From NCBI GenBank assembly GCA_963795855.1, contig CAWCIZ010000002.1:192001-256000 (forward strand): 64,000 nt of DNA. Direction: 5' to 3'. Of this stretch, positions 41,329 through 49,898 are shown piece by piece. Position 1 is the first letter of the stretch; every line of letters begins with the position of its first letter. The notes under the pieces were generated by a model, which saw only the letters and a program-made list of their open reading frames with translations, made no database searches and was not told the DNA's origin. The position numbers and the translations under genes were made by a program. Source of the DNA: Vulcanimicrobiota bacterium (lineage in GTDB: Bacteria > Vulcanimicrobiota > Vulcanimicrobiia > Vulcanimicrobiales > Vulcanimicrobiaceae).

Positions 41329-42193
41329 CAGGCGGTGGCCTCACAAAGTTCGACGCGTTCCTTTGCATCATGAAACACGGGAATCCGGGCGAGATCGTCA
41401 ACGATTTGCGCGAAGTCGTCGAAGGTCAGCGCTTGTTCCCTGTCGCTCTTCGCCTCCGGCGGATTCGGATGCACTTCGATGAGAATTCCGTGGGCGCCGA
41501 CCGCTTTGGCCGCGCGGCAGAGCGGGCGTATCCAACGACGCACGCCGACGCCGTGACTGGGATCGACCAGCACCGGCAAATGCGAGCGCTCCCGCAGGAC
41601 GGGAACCGCAGAGAGATCGAGCGTGTTGCGCGTAGCTGTTCGAACGTGCGAATGCCGCGCTCGCACAGGATCACGTTCGGATTGCCTTCGGCGAGAATGT
41701 ACTCTGCAGCCGCGAGCAGCTCGTCGATCGTCGCGGAGAAACCCCGCTTCAGCAGCACCGGTTTACCAGTCCGGCCAACCGATTTGAGCAGGTCGAAATT
41801 CTGCATGTTTCGCGCGCCGATCTGCAGCACGTCCACGTGCAGCGCCATACGCTCGACCTGGTCGATCGTCAACACTTCGCTTACCGTAGGCAGCGCTGCC
41901 GCGCGACCCGCTTCCGCCAGCAGATCCACGCCCTGCCAGCCCAGGCCCTGAAACGCATAGGGACTCGTGCGCGGTTTGAAGGCGCCGCCGCGTAGCATCA
42001 CGGCTCCGAGCGCTTTGGCGCGACGCGCCGTTTGCAAGATCTGTTCCCGCGACTCGACCGCGCATGGACCGGCGATGATTGCGAATTCCCCGTCGCCGAT
42101 TCGAATGCCGTCCACCTCGACGGACGTACCGCGCGGCTGCGCCTGCCGCGATACGCGCGGCAGCGAAAACTCTTGAACGACCTGCTTGAACAT
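41328..42193 (-). CDS. aroF: DAHP synthase type I-beta (frameshift near 41640)
   Basis: IAGPCAVES, RGGAFKPRTSPYAFQG, QIGARNMQNF, LCERGIRTF then TRNTLDLSAV...VDPSH...EVHPNP; AGGAG RBS. Confidence 0.9.
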
Positions 42194-42218
42194 GACGGGC
42201 TCCTACGAACGCACGGAC

Positions 42219-42255
42219 AAAAAATAAAAACAGCCCCCGCCGGACGGCGAGGGCT
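42219..42255 (-). terminator. Attenuator terminator hairpin upstream of the aro operon
   Basis: Minus strand AGCCCTCGCC-GTCC-GGCGGGGGCT-G-TTTTTATTTTTT. Confidence 0.88.
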
Positions 42256-42278
42256 TGTTGCGAACTCGAGTTTACAGA

Positions 42279-42365
42279 CTATCTCGTCAAGTGCGCAAAC
42301 AAGCTCTCGGCCCGTCCGGCGGACGGCCAATACCAGTAATACGCATACGAGAACGAGACGTTCAT
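42279..42365 (-). CDS. Aromatic amino acid attenuator leader peptide MNVSFSYAYYWYWPSAGRAESLFAHLTR
   Basis: 28-aa ORF (31 aa from the in-frame ATG at 42374) with 7 aromatic codons in a 9-codon run, immediately upstream of the terminator and the aro operon. Confidence 0.88.
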   Translation of the reverse strand: MNVSFSYAYYWYWPSAGRAESLFAHLTR

Positions 42366-42371
42366 TTGCGC

Positions 42372-42402
42372 CATCTAACCATGTGGGGCGGTGGAGTGTC
42401 AA
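42372..42402 (-). promoter_or_regulatory. Candidate sigma70 promoter of the aro leader
   Basis: Consensus TTGACA at 42402-42397; weak -10 (TTAGAT/TAGATG) 18-19 nt downstream. Confidence 0.5.
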
Positions 42403-42422
42403 GTGCCGGCGAACGGCGAAGC

Positions 42423-43454
42423 ATGCAGATAGGCGAGCAGCACAGTGAAATGGAGGGCGGCGGCCTCTACAACGCGCACTCGCGGCCGCAGGCCTCGGCA
42501 GGAGAACTGGGGATTCCGCTTCTGCAGCGAGCAGCGCTGGAGGTGCCGCATCACCAAGGCTGCATTGGCGTTGCCGATCTCGGGTGTTCTCAAGGTAAAA
42601 ACTCCATGTCTCCGATGCGTGCCGCGATTGCGTCGCTGCGCTCGCGGGATGCGGCCGCTGCCGTCACGATAACGCACACCGACCTCCCCGCGAACGACTT
42701 CAACGCACTCTTCGGGCTGATCGGCTCATCCCCCGAGAGTTATCTGCGCGAGCAGCACAACGTCTACGCGTTTGCCGCGGGCGGTTCGTTTTACGCGCCG
42801 CTCTTCGCGCCGTGCAGCATCGATCTCGCGTGGAACTCGATCGCGGTTCATTGGCTGAGCGGCGTTCCTTGCGACATCCCGGGCCACATTTGGTCGCCTT
42901 TCGCTCAAGGGCAGGTTCGCGACGCATTCGCACAACGAGGCGCCGAAGATTGGCGCAGCTTCTCGATGCACGCGCGTGCGAACTGCGCCCGGGCGCGCAA
43001 TTGGTCGTCGTCGCGAGCGGCGCTGATGAAGCGGGATTTTCCGGCGCCGAGGGGCTCATGACCTTGGCTGAAGGCGTGTTGCGCGACATGGCGCAACGCG
43101 GCGATATTTCTAGCGCGCAGTACGAGGCGATGGCGATTCCGACATACTACCGCACGAAAGAGGAGTTCGAAGCGCCGCTGCGGGCATATTCGCCGTTTAC
43201 GCTGCTCGAGTCCGAGCCGGCGGTGCTCGCGGATCCGTTCTGGAACGCGTACGCCGGTTCGCGGGACGCGAGTGCGTATGCGCAAGCCGTCTCGGCATTC
43301 TTTCGGGCGTTCAGCGAGCCATGTTTGTTCGGCACATCGAATTCAGCAGCGGCAGACGCGTTTTACGCGGCAGTCGTGAAACGAATCGAAGCCGACCCCG
43401 CTGCAGCATCGTGCAAGTGGCAGACTGCTGCTGATGCGCTTACGGCGCGAGTAG
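42423..43454 (+). CDS. SABATH-like SAM-dependent carboxyl methyltransferase (frameshifts near 42961 and about 43425)
   Basis: MEGGGLYNAHS..Q, VADLGCSQGKNS, DLPANDFNALF, GSFY..LF, AVHWLS, DW..FL.AR..ELRPG, IPTYYRTKEE. Confidence 0.85.
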
Positions 43455-45551
43455 CGCTTCCAAGTCTTCCGCGCGAAGATTCGGCGTCGACGCGTCCGCC
43501 GCGTCGAACAGCGCGCCGGCCAATTCGGCTTTACGAGCCTGCAACTGCAGGATCTTCTCCTCGACCGTCCCGGCGGCAACGACTTTGTACACGAAAACCG
43601 CCTTCTCTTGGCCGATGCGGTGCGCCCGATCCGTCGCCTGCTGTTCGACCGCGGGATTCCACCACGGATCGTAGTGGATGACCGTATCCGCCGCGGTCAG
43701 ATTCAAACCGGTTCCGCCGGCGCGCAAACTGATGAGAAACACCGGCACTTCGCCGCTCTGAAAGCGCCGCACCGGCGTTGCGCGATCGAGAGTGGAACCC
43801 ACGAGTTCCGCATACGGTATGCCTACGCGATCGAGCTCCGGTTTGATCAGATCGATCATGCTCGTGAATTGCGAGAACACAAGCGCGCGACGCCCCTCGT
43901 CGACCAACTGCTCGAGCGTTTCGAGGAGCCATTCGAGTTTCACGCTGGAATGCGCGCGCACGGCGCTCGAAAGTTTCACCAACCGCGGGTCGCAGCAGAC
44001 TTGGCGCAACTTCAGCAGCGCGTCGAGCACGGCAATGCGGCTGCGCGCCAGGCCCAAGCGTTCGATCTCGCGGCGAACTTCTTCATGCACGGCAACCCGC
44101 ACCGATTCGTACAAATCCCGCTGATCCGCCGCGAGCTCCACGCGCTCGACGATTTCGATCTTTTCCGGCAACTGCAGGGCGACGCCGGCTTTCGTGCGCC
44201 GCAAAACGAATGGGCGAATGCGCCGCGCGAGCATATCGCGGCGCTCGGAGGAATTCTGCTTTTCGATCGGCGTGCGGAACATGCGCGCAAAGGTGCGTTG
44301 ATCGTAAAGAGCGTGCGGTATCGCGAAATTGAAAAGCGACCACAGCTCGCCGAGGTGATTTTCCATCGGCGTGCCCGTCAAACAGAGCCGTTGTTTGGCG
44401 CGCAGTTTGGACGCGGTACGCGCCACCTTGGATTGAGCGTTTTTTATCGCCTGCGCCTCGTCGAGAACGGCGACGTCCCACTCCCTCTCCAGAAAAATTT
44501 CGTCACGCACGAGCAGCGCGTAAGTCGTAATCACAACGTCGCTGCGGTCGATCCGATCGTGCAGCCGCTCGCGGTTGGGGCCGTGTAGCGTGAGAACGCG
44601 CAGCGACGGCGCGAAGCGTTCGATTTCGGCAAGCCAGTTCGGGACCAAGCTCGTCGGAACGACCAGCAGCGAGGGCGGCGGCTCGGAATCGTTGCGCCGA
44701 GCCTGACGGATGTCGAGTAAATGCGCGATCGCCTGCACACTCTTGCCTAAGCCCATGTCGTCGGCCAAGATGCCTCCGCACTCGTAGAGGCGCAGAAAGC
44801 GCAGCCAACGGAATCCTTCGTGCTGGTAGTCGCGCAGGGTAGCCTTCAACCCGTCGGGTATTGCCGCATCCGGAATACCCTCCACGGTGCGCAAACGTTC
44901 GGCCAACCGGTGCAGCGCTTTTGCATGTTCGTCTTCGGCCTGCAGTTCCGGCAACGCTTGTGCGATGCCGAGCGCCGCGAGCGGCCCGAGCGTGAGCTTT
45001 CCGCGCCGCGAAAATTGCGGATCCTCATGTAACTCCACCAACGTTTCCAGCACGCGGCGAATACGATCCATCGGCAGTACGACGACGCGCCCGTCCACGT
45101 TCGCATATGCGACCTCGCTCTGCGGCAGCGCTCCGGGATCCATCCCGCGCAGCACGTCGACGACGAGCGGCAACAGCGCAACCCGTTTCCCGTCGATTTC
45201 GACGCCGAGATCCAAGTCGAACCACTCGCCGGCGCGGGATTCGAGCCGCGCATCCCAAACCGCGCTTGGCGCGCTGAGATCGACGAAGAGATCGTAAAGA
45301 GTGTCGTCGATTTCGACAGTCCAGCCCGCGCGCTCGAGTGCTGGTACCCCTTCGTAGCGAAACCGGGCCCACGCCATCGGCGATGCGTTGCCTTGAGGCA
45401 GCCCCGCCGCAAGAAGCGCCTCGGTCTGCTGGGGCGGGGCGTCGGACTCCGCAAACCCGACGCGCGTGCGCACGCGCTTGGGCTGATCCCCTTTGTGCGT
45501 TCCAAAATCGTAGCGTTCTTCAACGCGCGTGGAGATTCGTAAAAGCGGCAA
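43440..45551 (-). CDS. SNF2-family helicase (no SWIM domain seen)
   Basis: LRDYQ.EG..WL, GILADDMGLGKS, LDEAQAIKN, TGTPMENHLGELWS, LISLRAGGTGLNLT, WWNPAVEQQATDRAHRIGQ. Confidence 0.93.
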   Translation of the reverse strand: MPLLRISTRVEERYDFGTHKGDQPKRVRTRVGFAESDAPPQQTEALLAAGLPQGNASPMAWARFRYEGVPALERAGWTVEIDDTLYDLFVDLSAPSAVWDARLESRAGEWFDLDLGVEIDGKRVALLPLVVDVLRGMDPGALPQSEVAYANVDGRVVVLPMDRIRRVLETLVELHEDPQFSRRGKLTLGPLAALGIAQALPELQAEDEHAKALHRLAERLRTVEGIPDAAIPDGLKATLRDYQHEGFRWLRFLRLYECGGILADDMGLGKSVQAIAHLLDIRQARRNDSEPPPSLLVVPTSLVPNWLAEIERFAPSLRVLTLHGPNRERLHDRIDRSDVVITTYALLVRDEIFLEREWDVAVLDEAQAIKNAQSKVARTASKLRAKQRLCLTGTPMENHLGELWSLFNFAIPHALYDQRTFARMFRTPIEKQNSSERRDMLARRIRPFVLRRTKAGVALQLPEKIEIVERVELAADQRDLYESVRVAVHEEVRREIERLGLARSRIAVLDALLKLRQVCCDPRLVKLSSAVRAHSSVKLEWLLETLEQLVDEGRRALVFSQFTSMIDLIKPELDRVGIPYAELVGSTLDRATPVRRFQSGEVPVFLISLRAGGTGLNLTAADTVIHYDPWWNPAVEQQATDRAHRIGQEKAVFVYKVVAAGTVEEKILQLQARKAELAGALFDAADASTPNLRAEDLEALLAP

Positions 45552-45693
45552 GCGATAAAGCTACGACGGCGGCGTGCCCAAGGCCTCGACCGCCGTGCCC
45601 GCTTCGGGGAAAGTCTGCATACAGAAATGGTACCAAGCGTTATGTATCCGCGGCCTCTGTGTGCAGTACACTGGCCTTGAAAGGGAGGTACCG

Positions 45694-46506
45694 GTGGCTG
45701 ACCGGCGTCGCATGCCCCGCACGATGCGTACGCTCGCGAAGATAGGCACGATTGATTCAGATGCCTCGGCTTTGGATCGTGCCGTCGCGGCGGATATGGT
45801 GCTTCGCCACCTGTTCGTCCCTCCGGCCCGCTCGGTCGACGGCGTACGCTATGCGGCGTACTACCGGTTCGCCGAGAAGCATAGCGGCGGCGACCTCATC
45901 GACGTGTACCGCTGTTCGGACGGCGACGCAAATTTCTCGCTCACCGACATTTCCGGAAAAGGCGTTACCGCCGCGCTGCATGCGGGTCTGGTGAAGTACG
46001 GGATTCGCGCGTATGCGACGGAACACGCACAACCGCGGGACGTCCTGCGCTGGCTGAACCGGTTCTATTGCGAAACCGACGCGTTCGAAGAAAACGAGTC
46101 CTTCGCGAGCGTATTCATGGCGCGCTACGATCCCCGCAAGCGCGTGCTCTCCTACGCATCGGCGGGGCATGACGGAGTCTTCGTGATACAGCCCCGCAGC
46201 GACACGCTCGTGCTCATGCCGCCGACCGGACCGGTCGTCGGCGTATTGCCGGACAGCCCGCACCTCTACACGGACCGCCGAATCGATATAGAACCGGGCG
46301 CGACGCTCGTCGCGGTCTCCGACGGAGTCTACGAGGCTCGGCGCGAGGGAGAACTCTTCGGGATGAAACGGCTGCAAGACGCCGCGGTCCGTCTGCGTCA
46401 CGGATCGCTGGACGATCTCGCGTGCGGCATCACGCGCGAAGCCGCTGCCTTCGGCCTTCATCGCGTCATCGACGACATGGCCGTGCTCGCGGTAACGTTC
46501 GAATAA
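45694..46506 (+). CDS. Stand-alone PP2C/SpoIIE (RsbU-like) phosphatase
   Basis: SGGDLID, DISGKGVTAAL, YASAGH, SDGVYEAR...FG, DDMAVL; AGGGAGG before GTG 45694. Confidence 0.9.
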   Translation: MADRRRMPRTMRTLAKIGTIDSDASALDRAVAADMVLRHLFVPPARSVDGVRYAAYYRFAEKHSGGDLIDVYRCSDGDANFSLTDISGKGVTAALHAGLVKYGIRAYATEHAQPRDVLRWLNRFYCETDAFEENESFASVFMARYDPRKRVLSYASAGHDGVFVIQPRSDTLVLMPPTGPVVGVLPDSPHLYTDRRIDIEPGATLVAVSDGVYEARREGELFGMKRLQDAAVRLRHGSLDDLACGITREAAAFGLHRVIDDMAVLAVTFE

Positions 46507-46534
46507 GCCCGCAGCCGCGTAACGTGGAGGTGGG

Positions 46535-46560
46535 TGAACCAAATACCGCGCCCGCGCATA
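46535..46560 (+). promoter_or_regulatory. Candidate ECF sigma promoter TGAACC-N16-CATA
   Basis: AAC-containing -35 and CATA -10 just upstream of an operon encoding an ECF sigma; ATG 8 nt downstream with no RBS (possibly leaderless). Confidence 0.4.
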
Positions 46561-46568
46561 TAGCGGGC

Positions 46569-46853
46569 ATGACCGACCTTTTCTTGGCGATCACCATCGC
46601 CATCGGCGACTTCAAATACCAGCCCGCAACGCGGACCATCACCGCGGGCGAAACCGTTCGCTTTGAAAATCGCGACCAGGAAGCACACACCGTCACGGCA
46701 AGCGACGGTAGCTTCGATTCCGCGGGCGTCGACACCGGGCAGAGTTGGACGCACCGCTTTATGCGGCCCGGCCGCTACACGTACTATTGCGAACTGCACC
46801 CATACATGAAGGGCACGATCGTGGTAGTGCCTGCGCGAGAAAAGCGGAAATGA
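46569..46853 (+). CDS. Cupredoxin (plastocyanin/amicyanin-like)
   Basis: AHTVTA...YYCELHPYMKGTIVV. Confidence 0.9.
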   Translation: MTDLFLAITIAIGDFKYQPATRTITAGETVRFENRDQEAHTVTASDGSFDSAGVDTGQSWTHRFMRPGRYTYYCELHPYMKGTIVVVPAREKRK

Positions 46854-47731
46854 AACGGACTGCGTTTCTCGAGCACGTCGCATGGACCGGCGCAGGTATC
46901 GCCTATGCGCTCAGCGCAGGCGGCGTCTTTGAGGCCAGAGCTCTGGCCCAAGCCGATGCCATCGACTTCGTGCAAATCAGCGACAGCCACATCGGTTTCC
47001 ACCAGGCGGCGAATCCGCACGTGGCGGCGACGCTGAAAGCGTCCATCGACGCAATCAACGCGCTTCCAAATCAGCCCGCGTTCGTCGTGCACACCGGAGA
47101 CGTTACGCATCTTTCGACTCCGCAACAGTTTCAAACCGCAAAAGATCTGCTCTCGACTCTCAAGGCGCCGCTCGTCGTGCTTCCGGGCGAACACGACTTC
47201 ATCGGTTCCAATCACGCGCGCTTTTTCGAGGTCTTTCCGAGCGACGACAAGCACTCGACATGGCGCTCGTGGGATAGCGCCGGCGTGCATTACGTCGTCC
47301 TGATCAACGTCTTCGACTTCGAGAAGATGGGCTTGCTCGGCAACGATCAACTCGCATGGCTGCAGCGGGATCTCGCGAACGCGAAAACGAGCACCCCGAT
47401 CGTCGTGTTTACGCACGTTCCGTTGTACGCGTTGTACGCGCAATGGGGCTGGACGACGGAAGACGGCGGAAAGGCGCTCGCGCTGCTGCAGCGTTTCGAT
47501 CGGGTCACGGTCTTGAACGGTCACATCCACCAAATCGTGCGCCATCGAGAAGGCAACATCTCTTTCGCGAGCGCAAACGCGACGGCGTATCCACAGCCGG
47601 CGCCCGGCACGGCGCCCAAGCCCGGGCCGCTCGCATTGCCGCACGATTCGCTCTTGCATGCAATTGGCTACCGGACCGTCGAACTGGACGATCGTGGACG
47701 CGCCGACATCGCGGACCATTCGCTCGCCTAA
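46850..47731 (+). CDS. Calcineurin-like metallophosphoesterase (CpdA/Icc-like)
   Basis: QISDSHIG, HTGDVTH, PGEHD, FTHVPL, LNGHIHQ. Confidence 0.9.
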   Translation: MKRTAFLEHVAWTGAGIAYALSAGGVFEARALAQADAIDFVQISDSHIGFHQAANPHVAATLKASIDAINALPNQPAFVVHTGDVTHLSTPQQFQTAKDLLSTLKAPLVVLPGEHDFIGSNHARFFEVFPSDDKHSTWRSWDSAGVHYVVLINVFDFEKMGLLGNDQLAWLQRDLANAKTSTPIVVFTHVPLYALYAQWGWTTEDGGKALALLQRFDRVTVLNGHIHQIVRHREGNISFASANATAYPQPAPGTAPKPGPLALPHDSLLHAIGYRTVELDDRGRADIADHSLA

Positions 47732-48269
47732 CGCGTTCGAGCAGCACGCAATCGAAGCGGCGTTCGTTGCACGTCAGGCCTGGGCGTTCGAAGCAGCGTA
47801 TCAGGCGTACCGGCGTCGCCTGTACGGCACCGCATTCACCGTTTTGCGCGACGCCGGCGGTGCGGAAGACTGCGTGCACGACGTCCTCGTACGGTTATGG
47901 ACGCACGGGCACGCGTATTGCACGTCTCGCGGTTCGCTGGAAGCGTTTCTCGTCGTGTGCGTGCGGAACGATGCACTCTCGCGATTGCGGCGCGCGCGCA
48001 ATCGGGAACGGATCGTGCGCGAACACCTTAGCGTCGTGGAGTCCACAACCGCTTCGGACGATCCGGCGGTGCGGCGGATCGACGTCGCGCGCGCGATGTC
48101 GCGCTTGAACGAGAACCAGCAGCGCGCAATCCGCTTGGCGTATTTCGACGGTCTCACGCACGAGCAGATCGCGCAACGCCTCGGCGAACCGGTCGGCACC
48201 ATCAAAAGCCGGCTCTCGAATTCGCTTCGGCTGCTGCGCACGCTGCTGTCCCAGGGTGAAACGGAATGA
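47694..48269 (+). CDS. ECF RNA polymerase sigma factor (SigK-like); start uncertain
   Basis: AEDCVHDVLVRLW, RGSL, LAYFDGLTHEQIAQRLGEPVGTIKSR. Confidence 0.9.
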   Translation: MDAPTSRTIRSPNAFEQHAIEAAFVARQAWAFEAAYQAYRRRLYGTAFTVLRDAGGAEDCVHDVLVRLWTHGHAYCTSRGSLEAFLVVCVRNDALSRLRRARNRERIVREHLSVVESTTASDDPAVRRIDVARAMSRLNENQQRAIRLAYFDGLTHEQIAQRLGEPVGTIKSRLSNSLRLLRTLLSQGETE

Positions 48270-48910
48270 ACGTCAACGAGCATATCGGCGAACTCGCGGA
48301 ACTCTACGCGCTCGGAACGCTCGATGAAACGGAGCGGGCCGGCGTGGACGCGCATGCCGCGGCATGTGACGCCTGCGCGCGGCGTCTCGGCGAAGCGGAA
48401 TCGGTCGTGGCTCAAACGATGCCCGAGGTGGAACCGGCGGCAACGCTCGACCGGCGCATGCGCGCGGCATTCAAGCCGCGCGGTCCGGTGCTCGCGCACT
48501 GGAGCGCGATTGCCGCGGCCGCCTTCGTGGTGGGTCTGCTGCCCGGACTTCTTTTCGCGGCGCTCCATCGCCCCGCGTCCGTATACGATGGCGATCGCAG
48601 CGGCGCCATTTCGGCGATGGTCGGCAGCCATTTCCTTCACGCGCAATTCACGCCGGTAGCTGCCGGAGCGCCGAAAGCGAAAGTGCTCTACGGGCGTGCC
48701 GGTCGGTCCTGGCGGTTCTTCGTCGCGCAGACCGGGCGTTCGTATACCGTCGCGGCGGAAACGCCGGCTGGGCAAAGCGCCCTTGGAGCGCTGCGCACGA
48801 ACGGCGATTCGGCGGAGCTGTTCGTCCCCGTCTCGACCGCCCGAACGTTCGTCCTTTTGGACGGCTCGCGCGTACTGGCTCGCGTTCGCCTGCCCGCACT
48901 GAAAAAGTAA
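48266..48910 (+). CDS. Zinc-finger anti-sigma factor (RskA-like)
   Basis: YALGTLDE.E...HAAACDAC (HxxxCxxC); one TM helix; 4-nt overlap with the sigma gene. Confidence 0.85.
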   Translation: MNVNEHIGELAELYALGTLDETERAGVDAHAAACDACARRLGEAESVVAQTMPEVEPAATLDRRMRAAFKPRGPVLAHWSAIAAAAFVVGLLPGLLFAALHRPASVYDGDRSGAISAMVGSHFLHAQFTPVAAGAPKAKVLYGRAGRSWRFFVAQTGRSYTVAAETPAGQSALGALRTNGDSAELFVPVSTARTFVLLDGSRVLARVRLPALKK

Positions 48911-48958
48911 CCCCGGTTGACCGATACGCTGGAATGACAGGATGTCAGGAGCGCTATC

Positions 48959-49177
48959 ATGGTGGAAGGCACGCCCTTACCGGGGCCCGATTTTACAGTT
49001 GACTGGGCGAAGCTCAACAACGAACTTTTCGCGACGATCTACGCGAACGCTGAACTGCACGCGCGCTACGAGCGGGCCGACTGGCTCGAAGCCCAAGAGA
49101 TTTGCGCCGAACAATTCGACGTCTTGGTAAAAGACGTCGCCGATTTCGTCGCGCGGTTCATCGTGCTCGACCGCTGA
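48959..49177 (+). CDS. Small hypothetical protein
   Basis: AGGAG RBS; 72 aa, acidic and helical. Confidence 0.55.
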   Translation: MVEGTPLPGPDFTVDWAKLNNELFATIYANAELHARYERADWLEAQEICAEQFDVLVKDVADFVARFIVLDR

Positions 49178-49180
49178 TCG

Positions 49181-49423
49181 CTATTCGGCGGCGCGCAGGG
49201 TCATCCAAAACGCCGGGGATTGCGTCATCCAGCGCGGCACGTTGCCTTTGCGGATCGCCAGTCTCTCGACCGCGTCCCGACCCATGAGGCGCGCGCCGAC
49301 GCGCGTTACCATGCTGTGCGCCTTCGCGTCGTCGATGCCGCGTGCAACGAGAAATCCTGCGTAGCCGGTAATCGCCGTGTATCCGAGCACAACGAGAAAG
49401 ATCCCAGCCCCCAAAAACCGCAT
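49181..49423 (-). CDS. Small membrane-anchored hypothetical protein
   Basis: N-terminal TM MRFLGAGIFLVVLGYTAITGYAGFLVA. Confidence 0.55.
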   Translation of the reverse strand: MRFLGAGIFLVVLGYTAITGYAGFLVARGIDDAKAHSMVTRVGARLMGRDAVERLAIRKGNVPRWMTQSPAFWMTLRAAE

Positions 49424-49476
49424 ATCGGGTGAACGATTCGTCGCGTTCCCCCGTTACGCTTTTCGGCGCGCGCGAA

Positions 49477-49812
49477 TCAGGACTCTATGACGTCGGGCTG
49501 CGTTTGCAGTTCGCGCAAGTCCGCGTAAAGTTCGGCTTGATTGCGAAGATCGCGCCGGATGCGCCGCTGCCCCGCATCGGGAAGCCGCCGTCGCTTGAGG
49601 TATTCGAAGATGCGATCGCGTTCGATGGTGCGTTGCTGCGGCGCGGTCCGCGAGTAGCGGAACACATAGAGGCGCCCTTCTTCATCGAACTCGGGCACCG
49701 CCGGAGCGTTGACCGTTTCCGACGTCGTCGTCGCCGGCGTGAAACGGATAGTGAAGGGCTTGACCCAAGCCGCCGAACCGCGCAGAACTTTGACGTCGCC
49801 GAAGATTTTCAT
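49477..49812 (-). CDS. Hypothetical protein
   Basis: GGAGG RBS upstream of ATG; 111 aa. Confidence 0.6.
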   Translation of the reverse strand: MKIFGDVKVLRGSAAWVKPFTIRFTPATTTSETVNAPAVPEFDEEGRLYVFRYSRTAPQQRTIERDRIFEYLKRRRLPDAGQRRIRRDLRNQAELYADLRELQTQPDVIES

Positions 49813-49898
49813 GGTTTGCCTCCCCCCTAGGCAATATACCCACTATTAACTCGTTCGGCAGCAGAGCAAGCGGTCATTGGGCGCGATGGACTACGACC

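Noticed and set aside
42255..42422. N-terminal extension of the methyltransferase ORF from 42255
   Set aside because: Overlaps the attenuator on the opposite strand; family similarity begins near 42423-42450.
23915..46506. STAS protein and PP2C phosphatase as one partner-switching system
   Set aside because: About 21 kb apart, no kinase/anti-sigma linked, and the STAS lacks the canonical Ser.
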